Assembly: GCA_036172245.1 (NCBI GenBank)
Contig: JAYWIR010000039.1
Span: forward strand, 434,001 to 498,000
Reading direction: 5' to 3'
Length of the DNA: 64,000 nt
Origin: Raillietiella orientalis
Taxonomy: Eukaryota
Shown here: piece by piece, positions 51,613 through 63,800 of the stretch
How the letters are laid out: the number at the start of each line of letters is the position of its first letter
Numbering within the stretch: position 1 is the stretch's first letter
Made by a program: the position numbers and the translations under genes
Notes under the pieces: model-generated
The model's database searches: none
What the model saw: only the letters and a program-made list of their open reading frames with translations
Told to the model about the DNA's origin: nothing

Positions 51613-52894
51613 GTCGGACAGATCACTAGCTACTTCTGCTGCTGCTGCTGGGCTTCGCCATGGCGATGGCGGCAGCCGCGACGACGGCGACGACGTTCCG
51701 TGCGCGCACTCCCGTCGCGATGGAAGGCGAAATGAGTTCTCCCGGCAAGCCTTCCCGCCGGTTCCTCTCCCGGAGAGCGCAGCCGCCGCCGCCGAGCGCG
51801 GCAGCGCGCCGGGGATCCACAAGTGGTCGGGACGGGAGGGAGGACGTCGTGGCAAAGGGGGAGGGGGAGGACAAGGAGAGAGGGGTGCGCGCGCGCCTCC
51901 CTCTGCCTACCCGAGACGCGCGCTATCATCGCAGGCGCGCGGGAATCGATAAAGCCGGGAGATCGAATCCCGGAAGCACGGAGCGGGGCGAGAGGAAGAG
52001 ACTTCGGAGGGGAAGCGAGAGAAGGGAAGGATCCATCCCGTCCCCGCGGAGGGAGTACCTGTTGAGTCGGCCGGCAGGATAAGCGGCGGGAATCGCTCCG
52101 GAGCGGCTGCTGCCTTAGAACCGCTACTGCATCCGCGTGAGGGGAGGAACCGTCGGGCAGCATCCCTCTCGAAGGGGGGTAGAGAAAGGGGGTGTCTCCG
52201 CACTGTGAGGCCGCGAGACACACACGCGCCTTGCTTCATGCCCTCCCGCCGTCCTCTGCTCGGTCGGTCGAACGGAGGTCAGCCTGCAGGGACGCCTTGT
52301 TATTGTTCTTCTGCACGGAACCAAAGCCACTTTCCAGCCGCACTGAGACACCTTTTCATTCACATCTTTTCCTTCTCCCATATCCTCCTCCCTCCCTTCC
52401 TCCCTTCTTCCTCCTCTTTCATACGCTCCGCTGTAGATGTCCCAATTCAGGATCGCCGTGCCGAGGCTTCAGGCAGCTGGAGGAGGGCACTGAAAACTTC
52501 GTTCCTTCGGTTCAGCAGCCGCATTACCATCTGGAGCGAATCCATCGCTCTTCTGTATGCATCCCAGAGAACTGGAAGCGGACTTGACGGTCCCCCCTCC
52601 CCCCCCTAGGGTGGGAGCTTGACCCCTTCCTGGAACCTTTGGCGGCGGCAAGAGAGTCGTCACTACCGTGACTCGGGAGGTTCTCTCCTTGCGCCACGCA
52701 CGCCTTCCTAGGCACCGGGCTGCTCTCCCCATGACCGGGCTTGTTGTATGCTCGCGATTCGGAGAATAAGGAATAGATCGTTCGAGAAACAGTAGAAGCC
52801 TCCAATAAGGCTTTAAAAGGGCCAACGGGGGAGATTCTTGCCTAACTGGGAGGTGCGGCTAGTGTGCGTCTTGGCGCCTCAGAAAGTGTGAAGC

Positions 52895-53300
52895 TTACAG
52901 AATGTTCCAAATCTTCAGGATCCTTTCTTGGAGGATTCCTTCCTTAGGATCTGGAATGCGGGAGGGAAGCAAGATCCGGGACTTTGCCCTCATGAGGATA
53001 AGGGAGATCAGTCTCCCTCCAGGGTCAGAGAGGAGAGCGTGCTGACCCGGCGATCCTAAGTAGACAAGACATAGGCGAACTGGGTCGAGGTACCCTACAG
53101 GTGGAGTCTGGCGTTCCCGAGTGCTTCCGCGAAGGGGTGATGCTTGCGATGCACAGCACCACGTCAGGTGGCGTTCGAGAAAAATCTGGTGGGATCCCTG
53201 CTGCTGCGCGCCCAAGTCAACGTGCCCGTCGTGAGACTGCACGCTGAGGATGCCGTGGGCCAGGGCTTTTCGGGGGCGCTTCCGCGCCCGCGGTCAGGCC
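52895..53300 (-). mobile_element. Decayed LINE ORF2 C-terminal fragment
   Basis: LISLILMRAKSRIL (cf. ..lil..AK..Iw) near an ORF end. Confidence 0.4.
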
Positions 53301-54249
53301 TGGCCAGCGTAAGCAAAAGAGAGGCGGAAGTCCTCTCGACTTTTTCCGGAGGTCCACACTGATCCTCCTGGCAGTTGTTCTTGCTCCCCGGCAAGGAGTG
53401 ACACGCGTGCACGTGATCCGGAGTTTAATCTGCACTCCGGGTCACGCGTGCAGCCTGCACAAACGTGGACAGTGTCCGGGAGTGAGCACCCTGAGTACGT
53501 CGGCAGAAAAGGGGATCTTTGGCCCCCCCGGCAAGAACACATCTTTTCCGGTTTTTCGGCCTGCAAGACGAAGACGGAAGGACATGACGTCGACCGAGCA
53601 GAAAACACGGATCTCCACCTTCTCCTGCAGGATCCACCCTCCATCGCCCTCTCTACTCCCTCCTGAACCGACCCTTTCGTTTTTTTTATTTGGAACGCTT
53701 ACGGGCTAGGGCAAAGACCCACACACAGAGAGGAGGAAGCCACGTGTTTATAGCCGTTCCCCCTGGCGACCTTGAGCCACCTCGTCGGACTAACCGACTG
53801 CCTCAGGTCACTTTGGGTCTCGAGTCTTCGGCATGACGGCCTCCACGCGACTGTTCCTCCTTGATGCCTCCATCCAGAGGTCCAAAAATCTGCCCGGTCC
53901 AGGCTTACCTCTTTCTTATCGGCTCCTTCCAATAACGTCCTGGGGGCACTCTCGAGCTTCTACGGTAGTAGCGGCAAAGCTCCTCCGGCCGAACGGCACC
54001 GGCACTGCGGATGAGCGCTTTCATCGTTCGATGCCCGTTTCCAGGCAACGAGACGCAGAGAGGAGAGTTTCGCCCCTCTCCCAGAACATCCAACCCCCCT
54101 CAGGAGAACGCCATCCAAACGTCCTGTACCTCTGGCTAGAGTGCTGAGGACACTCCCAAGGGTCATCTTGTCTGCCGGGAAACTCGATAAGCGTGCTCGG
54201 GAGGGAAGCGGCGAGATTCCATCCTAAGGACCGCACTACCTACTTGTTT

Positions 54250-54720
54250 ATCGCCGAATTCCTTCCCCCCTTCCCCTATCCGTGATAAGGATTGCTTCCA
54301 CCAGCATTCCGGACAGCGATCCACGGATTGATACACCACGATGGGGATGAGTACCATCGGAAACTCCTCGTTTCCAGTGCTCCTTCCTGCGCGACACCTT
54401 GGCAGGGTCGCCCTGTAGGAAGTCACGCAAAATCCCCAAGAGTCCGATCAGGTCATCTCTGATCACATGACCACAAAGCTGCCCTCCCCAATGAGAGGTG
54501 CGTGGAGAAGAAACGGCGAAAGGGAAGCGGACTTCAGGTGAGTGGAGAGTCCTTCTGTTCCCCGTCGCAGCACCAACCAGACGACTAAGCGGATGGTAGG
54601 CGGACAGGTTGACCCATGCAGAGACTCCTGTCATCCCCAACAAAAAGAATGCTCTTGAAAAGAGTGAACCACGAGACTTCCCTCTCTTAAGACTCCAGAC
54701 AGTTGCATGGTCCTCCACGC
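54250..54720 (-). mobile_element. Decayed L1/Tx1-like LINE RT core fragment
   Basis: WSLKRGKSRGSLFSRAFFLLGM (cf. RGVRQGxPLSxxLFxLxM) and IRDDLIGLLGILRDFLQGDPAKVSRRK (cf. l..F...SGAKvN..K). Confidence 0.6.
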
Positions 54721-57700
54721 GCACAACTTAAGCGCTGTTCCCGGTGCTCACTCTGCCGGGCGCCGCCGACGCCGCAGTGCCCCCGGAGCCCTCCGGCAGC
54801 TGGCGCCCTCGCACTGCAGAGGCAGCGGCTTCAGACAGAAAAGCTCGACCGCGCCCGCTTACCGCCGCGCATGACCCTGCCTTCCAGCGGCACCTTCTCT
54901 GGGGCGAGTCCACGCCCCGATGGGGTTCGCCCATCAAGTCCGACGGTCTGGGCTTCGGCGTCATAACAAGCCGAACTTTCCACCGGTTCCGAGGGCAGGT
55001 CGAGGTCATCTCGACCCCAAGGTCTTTCTCCTCATTGGCTTTACCGGATACGCCTTGTTTTCGTGGAACGCCCGTTGTCTTCGGATGCATGAGGATGGAG
55101 CCAACGATTGATGACGATGCTGATGACGATAAGATGCTGAAAATCAAGACGAGACGTGGGAGAAGAGGGAGAAGATGGTTCGAATGAGGCAGCGAGGAGG
55201 ATGAAGACGAGCAGGAGGGAGCTTCGGGGAAGCAGGCTATCAAATGGTTTTATTCCTTGCGATCAGTTCAAACGCCGGAAGGAGGGCTCTGTGGTCAACC
55301 CCCTGCATTCCCTCTGAAGCGCGGATCTTCACCATGTGGAGATAGACTACTAAGCCGAGGGAACCTTGTTCCGGATTGCCGGAAGCGGGGACACGAGCGG
55401 ACCTGGAATCTTCCACGTCGTACTCGGTGGCAGTTGCCAGCTTGCGGTGGTTTCGCTCCAATCCACCGGACGGTGGATCTCAACACTCAGTCCAGCGGGC
55501 GCGGTGGGGATCCCACTCCGTCACCATCCTATTAGGCGCGGAGCGAGGGATGATCCCTGCTGGATGCCACGGCAGCACCCTTCGGTCCAAGCGCTTCCCG
55601 GAAGGCAGCCCGTTTGGCTGGCACTGCCTCCACGAGGGGCGCGTATACGCGCAAGGACACCCGTGTCATAGAGAATCCTGCCTTCCTTTCTTTCCGATAG
55701 GATGAGACTGAAATCTGGATGTCTTTGGGGATGGGAGAGCCAACAAAGAAAGAACAAACTTTTTCAGTCTTTTTCAATCCCTTCCCTCCCGGACTCTAGG
55801 CAAACCGAGTAACCATGGTGGCCGCGGGATTTTGCTGACAAGAGTTCGAATCAAAAGCGTCTTCGGAAAATCACCATGGGGAGCCCTTAGATGCCGCTGA
55901 CCTCTGCTCGAGCTCCGTGATTCAGGCAAGGCTCATCGAAGCCGGATGATTCTGAGATTTTCCCCGAGATTTTTGTTCACATTTGGTCCATGAAATGAAG
56001 TTCGAAAAAGGGATACAAACGGAAGAAGAGTGCGATTCCACCGTCTTCCTCGCCTTCCTCTCATTTTGCTCTCTTCAACTCTTCCTCATGAGACTTTCGG
56101 AGGTTCTTTCACCACGCACTTTCTGCGGTGGCTCATCGGATGCTCCAGTACGCATCTCGAGAACATCCGGCCTCCTTTCGACAGCGCACTCAGCGGGAGT
56201 CCTCCTTCTCCGGGTGCCGACGCCGACCGCAGCAGTCGCAGGAGTAGCAGTAGTGACAGCACCGCTGCCGAGGCGAGAAGTCCTCGACCTCGTGCAGAGC
56301 CGCTGACGAGCACGCGAAGGGGCGGTCGGCGTCCGGCGAGGCGTCCCCTCCTCCTTTTCTTTTCTCGCGGCTCGGGATGTGCTCCCGGAACGGAACTGGT
56401 TCGAGGTCAGCAGCAACAGCTCCCAGCTCTCTGAGGCGAACGACGTTTCCTGACCCCCGCCGTCGTGCCTCCTCGTGACCTCGGTCCGGTTTCTGGAGCC
56501 CCTGTTGAGGGTGCGGTCTAGCCATTCTTCCTCTTGGTAGGGAGCTCTTCCGACGTGGCTTCTCACAGAGACGGACGGCGGGTGTCCAAGCCGAGGGAGT
56601 CCTCGCGCTGCTTCCCATCCCTCCGGTCTCTGCGTCCACTCACGGCTTCAGGGCCGGCGCGCAGTTCGCTTCCACCGGACGGAAGGCGAAGGACGGGAGG
56701 AATGAAACGGAGGATGCTTTAGGCTGGCCGGACGGGAAGTGGGCGGCAGGCGGCTTCCCGCCCGTCCGGCGGAGCACCGCACGGGAAAGCGCGGAGCCGC
56801 AAGCGCAGCGCTTCGGCGTGCCCGAGTACGGCACGCGAGGAGCCAACGTTCGGGAGCAGCCTGCCGAACGTCCCGTACGTCCCCTACCCGGAGGAGGATC
56901 GAAGAGGCCCGCCATGCTCCAGGCGCGGACGGAGGCCAAGGGTCCCTCGAGATGCTTTTCCTGACGCTCCGTTCTGGCCTCGCCGCGAGGTGGGTGGGGC
57001 GCCCTCCTTCCACCCGGGCCCTTCGCTCCCGCGAACACCGACTAGGAGGATGTCGAGGCTGGAGGCAAGGCCCAGGGGGAGAACCAACCGACAGCCGCCT
57101 TCTGGACGAATCGACTTCCGAGGGTCCCCGAAGCGCTCCCCGGTCTCCGCCCAGCAGCGGCGTCCGCCCTGCTTCTTTTCTTCTAAAGCCGCGACACCCA
57201 CGATCCGAATCTTTCGTGGCGATGGGAAGGCGACTGGACCCTGCAGGGTCTGCCCACGCGACCGACCGAGCGAAACGCGGAGGTTCGTCGCTTTCCGTCG
57301 CCTCTCGCCCTCTCTCCGCCATGACCTCGCGCGTGTCCTCTTCGGTTCGGGCATCCTGCAGCTCGAGACGAATCCACGTGTGACGTTTGCGGGCGAGCCG
57401 GGAGCTTCCCGGAACGCGGGACGACGATGGATCTTTCAAGGATGGATCCACGGGAGCCGCTCCTGTTCCGCTTCCGTTCTGCTGCCGTCTCGAACGGGAG
57501 CCACCTCCCGGGCTTCCTCCGATCGGAGCCGAAGAAGTCGCCTGCCCATCCCGCTTTTTCCGACGGCAGCCGGCTGACTCCTGGTGCGCTCAAGGAAAGG
57601 TCTCTCGATCCCCGAGTGCAGCAGAGGTCCGCCCCACCTTCCTCCCGGCGGTCATCGCTGCAGGAGATGTGTCCGATGAGGATCGTATGACATCCCGCAG

Positions 57701-59386
57701 GGTCCTTCCTCCGAGGCGAACCGCGTCGGATTCGAGGAGGAAGCGCTGAGGCTTCCCGCCCCCTCTTTCTCTCGTTTTTCCTCCACCCGCGGGAGGGAAG
57801 ACTTGCAGGAGAGGTGTGAAAGTGAGCGGAGGAGGCCGAGGGTGCGGCACGCCAAAGCCGCAAACGGTCCGACTGAAGGATGAAGTGCGTGTCCCCGACG
57901 TTGATTTATTGACTTACCTGGGATCCGGTCCTTAACCCGGGAGCGCAGTGGAGGGGGATCATCTCCTCCTACTGTCCCGCGATGCATAGCAACCGAAAGC
58001 GAACGAAAGATGACCTGAAGTTCGCGCAGTGTTGCTGGATGCGGGGCACCCGAATCTACCGGCTTGTCCAGAGCGCTTGGGCGCCCTTCATTACAGCCGC
58101 TCCATACTCGGGCATCCGGTCCGGCTGCTGGATCCCTGCCACTCAGGATCTGCTCCTGCGCTCCGGCAACTGAGTCCGCCGGCTGCAGGAAGGCCACGCT
58201 GCCCTCTTGCGGGCTTCGGGTGACGCCTGCGGAGCGTCGTGCCCTCCTCACCAATTCCCGGCGGGTCCCGGGTTGCCTGGGATCCCATCTGAGGGAAGGA
58301 GCTCCTTGCCTTCCCATTTCCCCCGGAAGGATTCTTCCTCCTCGCTCCACGTCGCGAGCGAAGCGCTCCGGGGAAATCCTTCAGCATTCTCCCATCAGTT
58401 CCCCTTCCGGTTGCGTGCGCAGCGGAACCGTCAACTGACCCTTCTAAAACCCGCAAGGGAAAGGAGCTGCTGAGATAGGGGCAGCCCTTATTCCCGGGCC
58501 GGGTGGAACTCTTTGTCTTCTTGAGGTCCTTCGGGGGCGGCAAGCGGCAGCGGCGGCTTCGACGCGCCACCTGGTAGAGCCTCCCCTTCTTCTTACCGGC
58601 GCCTCTCCCAAGGTGCCGGCGGCGCACTGCGGCGCGCGAAACTCCCCGCGTGCAAGACGACCTTCGGGTTTCGAGCGGGATTGGGAAGTGGCGCCGCCGG
58701 CCCGCTGCCCGACGCGAGGGAGCGTGCGCGCGCCGACCCACGGCGTCCCGCGGAGCAGGTGCGCGCCCACTCCGGCAGTTTCGGTGTACTCCCGTTCCTG
58801 TTTTTTTCCCATTTGTTTGTGACGGGGAAGAAGACGTGCCACTCCAGTACCTGGCCTTTCGTCGCTGCGCCGTTCCCGACGTCCTTCTTTTCATCTGCCT
58901 CTGTCAGTTAATTCAATTATTTCGCCGGAGAACAATGGGAGTTCGGAAAGTGACAAATGGACGAGCGCAGCTACAAATCCTCGGGAAATCCAAGGAATGC
59001 GCGTGCACAAGGAGGACGTGGCGCAGGGAGAATTCCTGCGTGTCACACGCAGTGCCTCGGTTCCTATTTAAATCTCCCGTCCCAGAGCGCGGTGTACGTG
59101 AATATTGAAGACCATAAATCACCATTGCTGTTCCTCCTCGTTGACTTCTCCATAGTTATTCTCCGTGCACACAACACCATCTCCACTACATGCTCGCTAG
59201 CTCTCGCTGCTAGATATTATTAGAATGTAATTAGATGCACTCTATTGGAGCATTCACATCGGTTGGCAGATGAAACTCTTTGCCACAAAGGGAATTTTCC
59301 AGCTCAGCCGATTCCTGATTCTCCATATAGATAATCAAAGAACAAACGAACGCACAAACAAATCCCAGTTGTCAACTAAACGTTTG

Positions 59387-59456
59387 TTTTAGAATGCAGT
59401 AGGCCTGCGCTTCGCCTTGTGGGTAATGCAGAGCGTAGGCCTACTGTATTCTAAAA
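59387..59456 (+). other. 70-nt hairpin: 25-bp stem (two G-U pairs on + strand), 20-nt loop; pre-miRNA-like or mini-MITE
   Basis: TTTTAGAATGCAGTAGGCCTGCGCT ... AGCGTAGGCCTACTGTATTCTAAAA. Confidence 0.8.
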
Positions 59457-59487
59457 TATTTTAAAAGATGAAAAATTGCGTTTTGAA

Positions 59488-59831
59488 AGTAGAATGTTTA
59501 TAATTTCACTTTAAAGTGAAAAAACTGAAAGCATTTTTTAATTAAAAATAAAAAAGAGACTTTAGGAGGGTTTTTTTCTTTTCTTTTTCTCATATTGAAT
59601 CCATCCAAACGATTCTATAGTTTCGGCTCTATCGCACTGGTTGCTGAAAAATGCATCTTCCTGCGCTATTCTATTCACGAAAGAATGGATAAAATAGTAT
59701 TTTTCAACCTTCTTAAATCACGAGCTCGTGTTCTTTTTAGAAACAGCTGAGCTGAGGCTGCACCACAAAATTGAAATTTATCCACAGCGTCGTGCGGGGC
59801 TGATTTACCGCGTTATACGATGGCTGCCTCC
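59488..59831. repeat. Interspersed repeat, copy 2 (inverted relative to 1157-1516)
   Basis: Aligns in blocks to the reverse complement of copy 1; this copy is more AT-rich. Confidence 0.85.
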
Positions 59832-60135
59832 GTCGCGTTGTACGAATCCTCGCCACAAGGGAGTCTACTGTATAACCGCGAGTACAAGTTCGCATCGGCT
59901 TCGTTGTTCCCACTCTTACATATACAGTTTTCGATCTGAATCATGCATGCACGTGTGTCTATTAAAGACTGTGATCCAAATTATCAATAGATGCCATAGA
60001 AACTAGCAATGGAGTCATTCACCGTCGTGTATTCACTCCTAATGGTTTTGGCAAACCTTTTTTTTTTTTTTCCAAGTTTTCTATCGACCTTCCTCACATA
60101 CTACAGAACATCACATATTTACTTGTACATGTTAA

Positions 60136-61235
60136 CCCTCCATAGTCCGAAAGGGCTATAAAAAAAATTATGTAACGTGAAATCAACAAATAACAACCTC
60201 TAAATGCAAATTAATAATGAACTCTGTAGTTTAAATGATTTTATTATAACGAATGTGCTTTGTAACTTTGGGGGTGAAACGGCGTACAACGTTTGCACTT
60301 TTGCGTGCAAGAAAAGCTCAAGCATGGAATTCCCTATAACAACCCGTAAATTGACATAAAAAAACAACAACCAAGGAATTGTTCCATTTCATTAGATGGA
60401 ACACCTTTGGGTTTTGCAGTGTATGTGTATTGGTATGGTCAACTATATTACTCATGATTTCTTCATCAAATCATCTTCGGAAATGGGTCATAGGAGAGTA
60501 GGGCGCTTCAGGATCTTCAGGACAATTTCCTTTTCAAGGAAGACGATGAAGACTGTTTTTCGGATGGGATACGGATTGCCAAGAAATTCTTTGTGATGTT
60601 GAATTTTCATCATCTGATGATCATTCCCCACTCAATTCAGCGTCCCTATCGATAATATTTATGCGTCGTCGGATAAACTCTGTTGGCCGATCTCCGTCCG
60701 AGTCAGATTCTAATGAAGAATCCACGGATCCATTACCGCTGATGCTACCACTTATTCTTACTACCTTTCTATTTTTATATGCTTCGGTATTCATACTTTA
60801 GGCCTCCAATATATAGAAATAAAAAGGAAAGCATGGAAAGTGCCAACGCAAATACATCGCATCCTACCCTTATGGCTCAAAGACACAAAGCTGTATCACG
60901 TGAAAATAATAACAAAGTGTTTGTCTCAATGGAAACAAATGAGAGATCATTGATACACAAAACAAGAGCTATTAAGTAGGCTTTTTCTTGTTTACCAAAA
61001 GACCGACAGAACAAAAAACATCAACAACTGCAGAGGATGGTTCGCACAACTTTTATCTACGGACAGCTCGCAGAAGCACATTTACCTCGATCTCTCGGGT
61101 TCGAGTTGACATCCGTCACCAAGGAGACGCTATACAACAAGATGTGTACGCCACCTTGCGGTAAAAAATGAAGCACATCAATAAGACATTGATATATTTG
61201 TATGTGACTTCAAAGTCACACGGGCCTATAGGGGG
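60136..61235 (-). mobile_element. Internally deleted, non-autonomous piggyBac DNA transposon (~1.1 kb)
   Basis: Left end TTAA|CCCTCCATAG; right end CTATAGGGGG|TCAA (degenerate TIR and TSD). The minus strand has an acidic N-terminus (SDSDGD..SSDDE), then YSPMTHFRR*FDEEIMSNIVDHTN and EMEQFLG (piggyBac N-terminal motifs), joined to a Cys-rich remnant CTQKCKRC. The catalytic DDD region is missing. Confidence 0.8.
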
Positions 61236-62449
61236 TCAATATACGCTAACGGCACTCTTAAGTGAATGCGTATCCGAATTTTACTCCTTAAGTTAGGATT
61301 ACGGATATCATTGAAAATGCCAGGTACGGTACAAATACGGTACAGTTCCATTTATTGTAATCCAATTATTTCTCTTAGGTACATGCAGTTCAGGAGCTAT
61401 CACTTTCTTTACAGCACATTTTCGAAGTTCTCCTTCGCCAATTTAATTTAATTTAATTTACAGGCAGAGCAGCAATAAATTTGGCTACCGACAATGCACC
61501 CACCATTTATTATAAATCCGAATAGGCAAACATTTGCTCAATTACATATCGATGTGAACGGCGACGCTTCACCCCGATAGTAAAGTTCTGTTCTAAAAAA
61601 GCAATGGTGACATGCAGCGCTCGACATGTTACTGTACCACGAAGCGTACATGGAACGAAAATACACAGCGAAAGCGATGAACTTCGCTGTTGCGTAAACA
61701 CTGCCGCCTTGTGGCACAGAAGGGCGGAATCCTCTGGTAAACATCGATGTACAAGTAGATTGTTTTCAGATCCACATGTAGTAACGTATGCAGCATTGAT
61801 TGAACTGTGATTAACCAGACTACGGAGGAGAGAGAGGAAGAGGAAGCTACGGGTTCATTCAGATCCGTTCGGGGTTCCCCATTTCCCTCCGAGACGCGCC
61901 CTCCGTCTCCTCGGGAGGAAAAGAGATGCTTTGGGCAGAATGGCAAGGCTCTGTGGATGTGGGCGGCGCCTGCCAAGATGCTGCTAACGGCTCTGCAGAC
62001 GACCGCACCCCTCCCATGTCCACCTTTCGCTTACTGTCCCGCTCGGGGGGTTCGTGTCCCGCCACGTGCTTCTCGGTGTGCCGGGGTTTCCCGCGGTAGA
62101 ATGAGGCGTCCGTTTCGCTAGCGTCGGCAGCTCCGTTGACCAGATGGAAAAGGTGTTGGCTATGCGTTAATGGTTCTGGGTACTTACGACTCTTGCGGCT
62201 TCCTGGCAGCAGGCAGCAGCGCGTCGTCGGACCTCAACCATCCCGTGATTTGCACGCTTACCGATAAAAGTTGACATCCCTGAATGAAATTCGAAGAACG
62301 CTGAATGTTGGCACTTTGGAAGTTTTCCGAGGTCCGTTTTTTTTTTTTGTTTTTCGAATTCCCGGGGCTGCGAGCCTCCACGGACAACCACGAGTGCCCT
62401 CAAGCGAAGCGCGATAGGTGACAGGCATTTCCTCCTGCCGGTAGCCTTT

Positions 62450-63800
62450 TCCCACCTGGTGGCGGAACGTCTTGTCTGGGTGACACTGGAGCCTCAGGAC
62501 ACGCGGTTACAGACTTGCAATCGTTCCATACTGCTCCTCGGGGCAGCTTGCGATTGGTCTACAGCATCCCCTGTTCGGAAGGGGAAATCCAGCACGCAAA
62601 GAGGAGGACCTACGGAGCATCCGGAGTCTCAGGCAGGTTTTCCTGCCTACGACTGGAAGTGTCCCCCACGGGGTGGAACTCTTTCTCACGGGCGTCCGTT
62701 GCCGTGCTCCTGACATCAAGTCGGTCAGGCAGCAGAGAAAGAAGGAAGGAAGCGACGAGCGTTGCGGAACATCCGTCCAGAAGAAGACGTTCTTGAAGGG
62801 CAGCCAGGTTTTCTGTCTGGTCTTCCATATCCGGCAAACTACCGGTCTTCCATGCCGCCGATTTGTTTTTCGAGGGTCACCTCGGCTGACGTCTTCATTC
62901 CTGCCACCCTTCAGATTCATACTGCTGCTGCAGGACAGGTGGTCATCACCCTCCCCCTCCCCCGTTTCCAGGCAGGGATGCCACTTGGGTGCCGTTTGCA
63001 TTTCCTCTCAAGGAGTTCTCTTTCCTGCTCCTCTTCCATTCCCTTTCACTTGGGAGCAATAAAAGACGAAGGGGAATTCTTCATTGGTAAAAAAAAAAAA
63101 GAAAAAAAAAAAGATGATCTCCTGCTCCAGGAACTGGCGTGAAGATCACCATCGCCGCCATGCTAGGAGAATATGACGCTAACGCCCGCGCTCTCTCATT
63201 TCGTTCCTTCTCAGTCCCTGTGGAATATTGGGATGATTGTTGCCACTTTGCGGATGCGTTCGCCTGGCAACGGCCATCGCAACGTTCTCTGACCTCGGGA
63301 GTTTCGAAGATTCAGTCAGCGGGTGCAGACAGACGCTCCCGGCTGGGCTGCAAGGGACTCGGGCCGGACCTTCCAAAAGCTCCCTCATCTGCAGTTGTCA
63401 TTCCTGACGTCATCATTCGGTTTTCCATCTCCCCCAGCTACAGAAAAAGTCTACCTCCTGCGGATGAGAGGATTAAAGCGATTCGCCCCAGTGCTTCGAA
63501 TGAGCTGGTGGTCTCTTTTACTTCATGCCATAGCCTTCCGCGTTATCTCGGAAACACGGGTACACGTGTGACAAACCAGGCGTTCCCTAAAGAAGATGGA
63601 AAATGCAGGCGTTGCGACAATGGTCATGAACTCGCACGACAGCACTGCACCCTGACCCGCTGCGCAAGATCATCGTCAATGGGCTCGTCTGGGCGCGATG
63701 CTGCCATAATCCGCACAATCCCATCCAGAAATCTCTCTTCCTGCTTCCTATCTCGAAATCAGAGTTCCCATGCGCTGCGACACGCCTCACGTCCACTTCG
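62450..63800 (+). mobile_element. Decayed R2-superfamily (NeSL/Utopia/R4-like) non-LTR retrotransposon
   Basis: In order: SQAGFPAYD (cf. QKGF.P.DG), LPVFHAADLF (cf. LAYADDL), DGKCRRCDNGHELARQHCTLTRC (CCHC) and GRDAAII (cf. RHNAI). Frameshifted, and may continue to the window end. Confidence 0.6.

Noticed and set aside
57912..57921. ACTTACCTGG, resembling the U1 snRNA 5' end
   Set aside because: The match stops at 10 nt. It is equally a minus-strand CAG|GTAAGT donor-like site, with no supported exon.
1157..59831. Maverick/Polinton or endogenous virus bounded by the long inverted repeats
   Set aside because: No polB, integrase, capsid or ATPase genes, no TSD, and the arms are too diverged.
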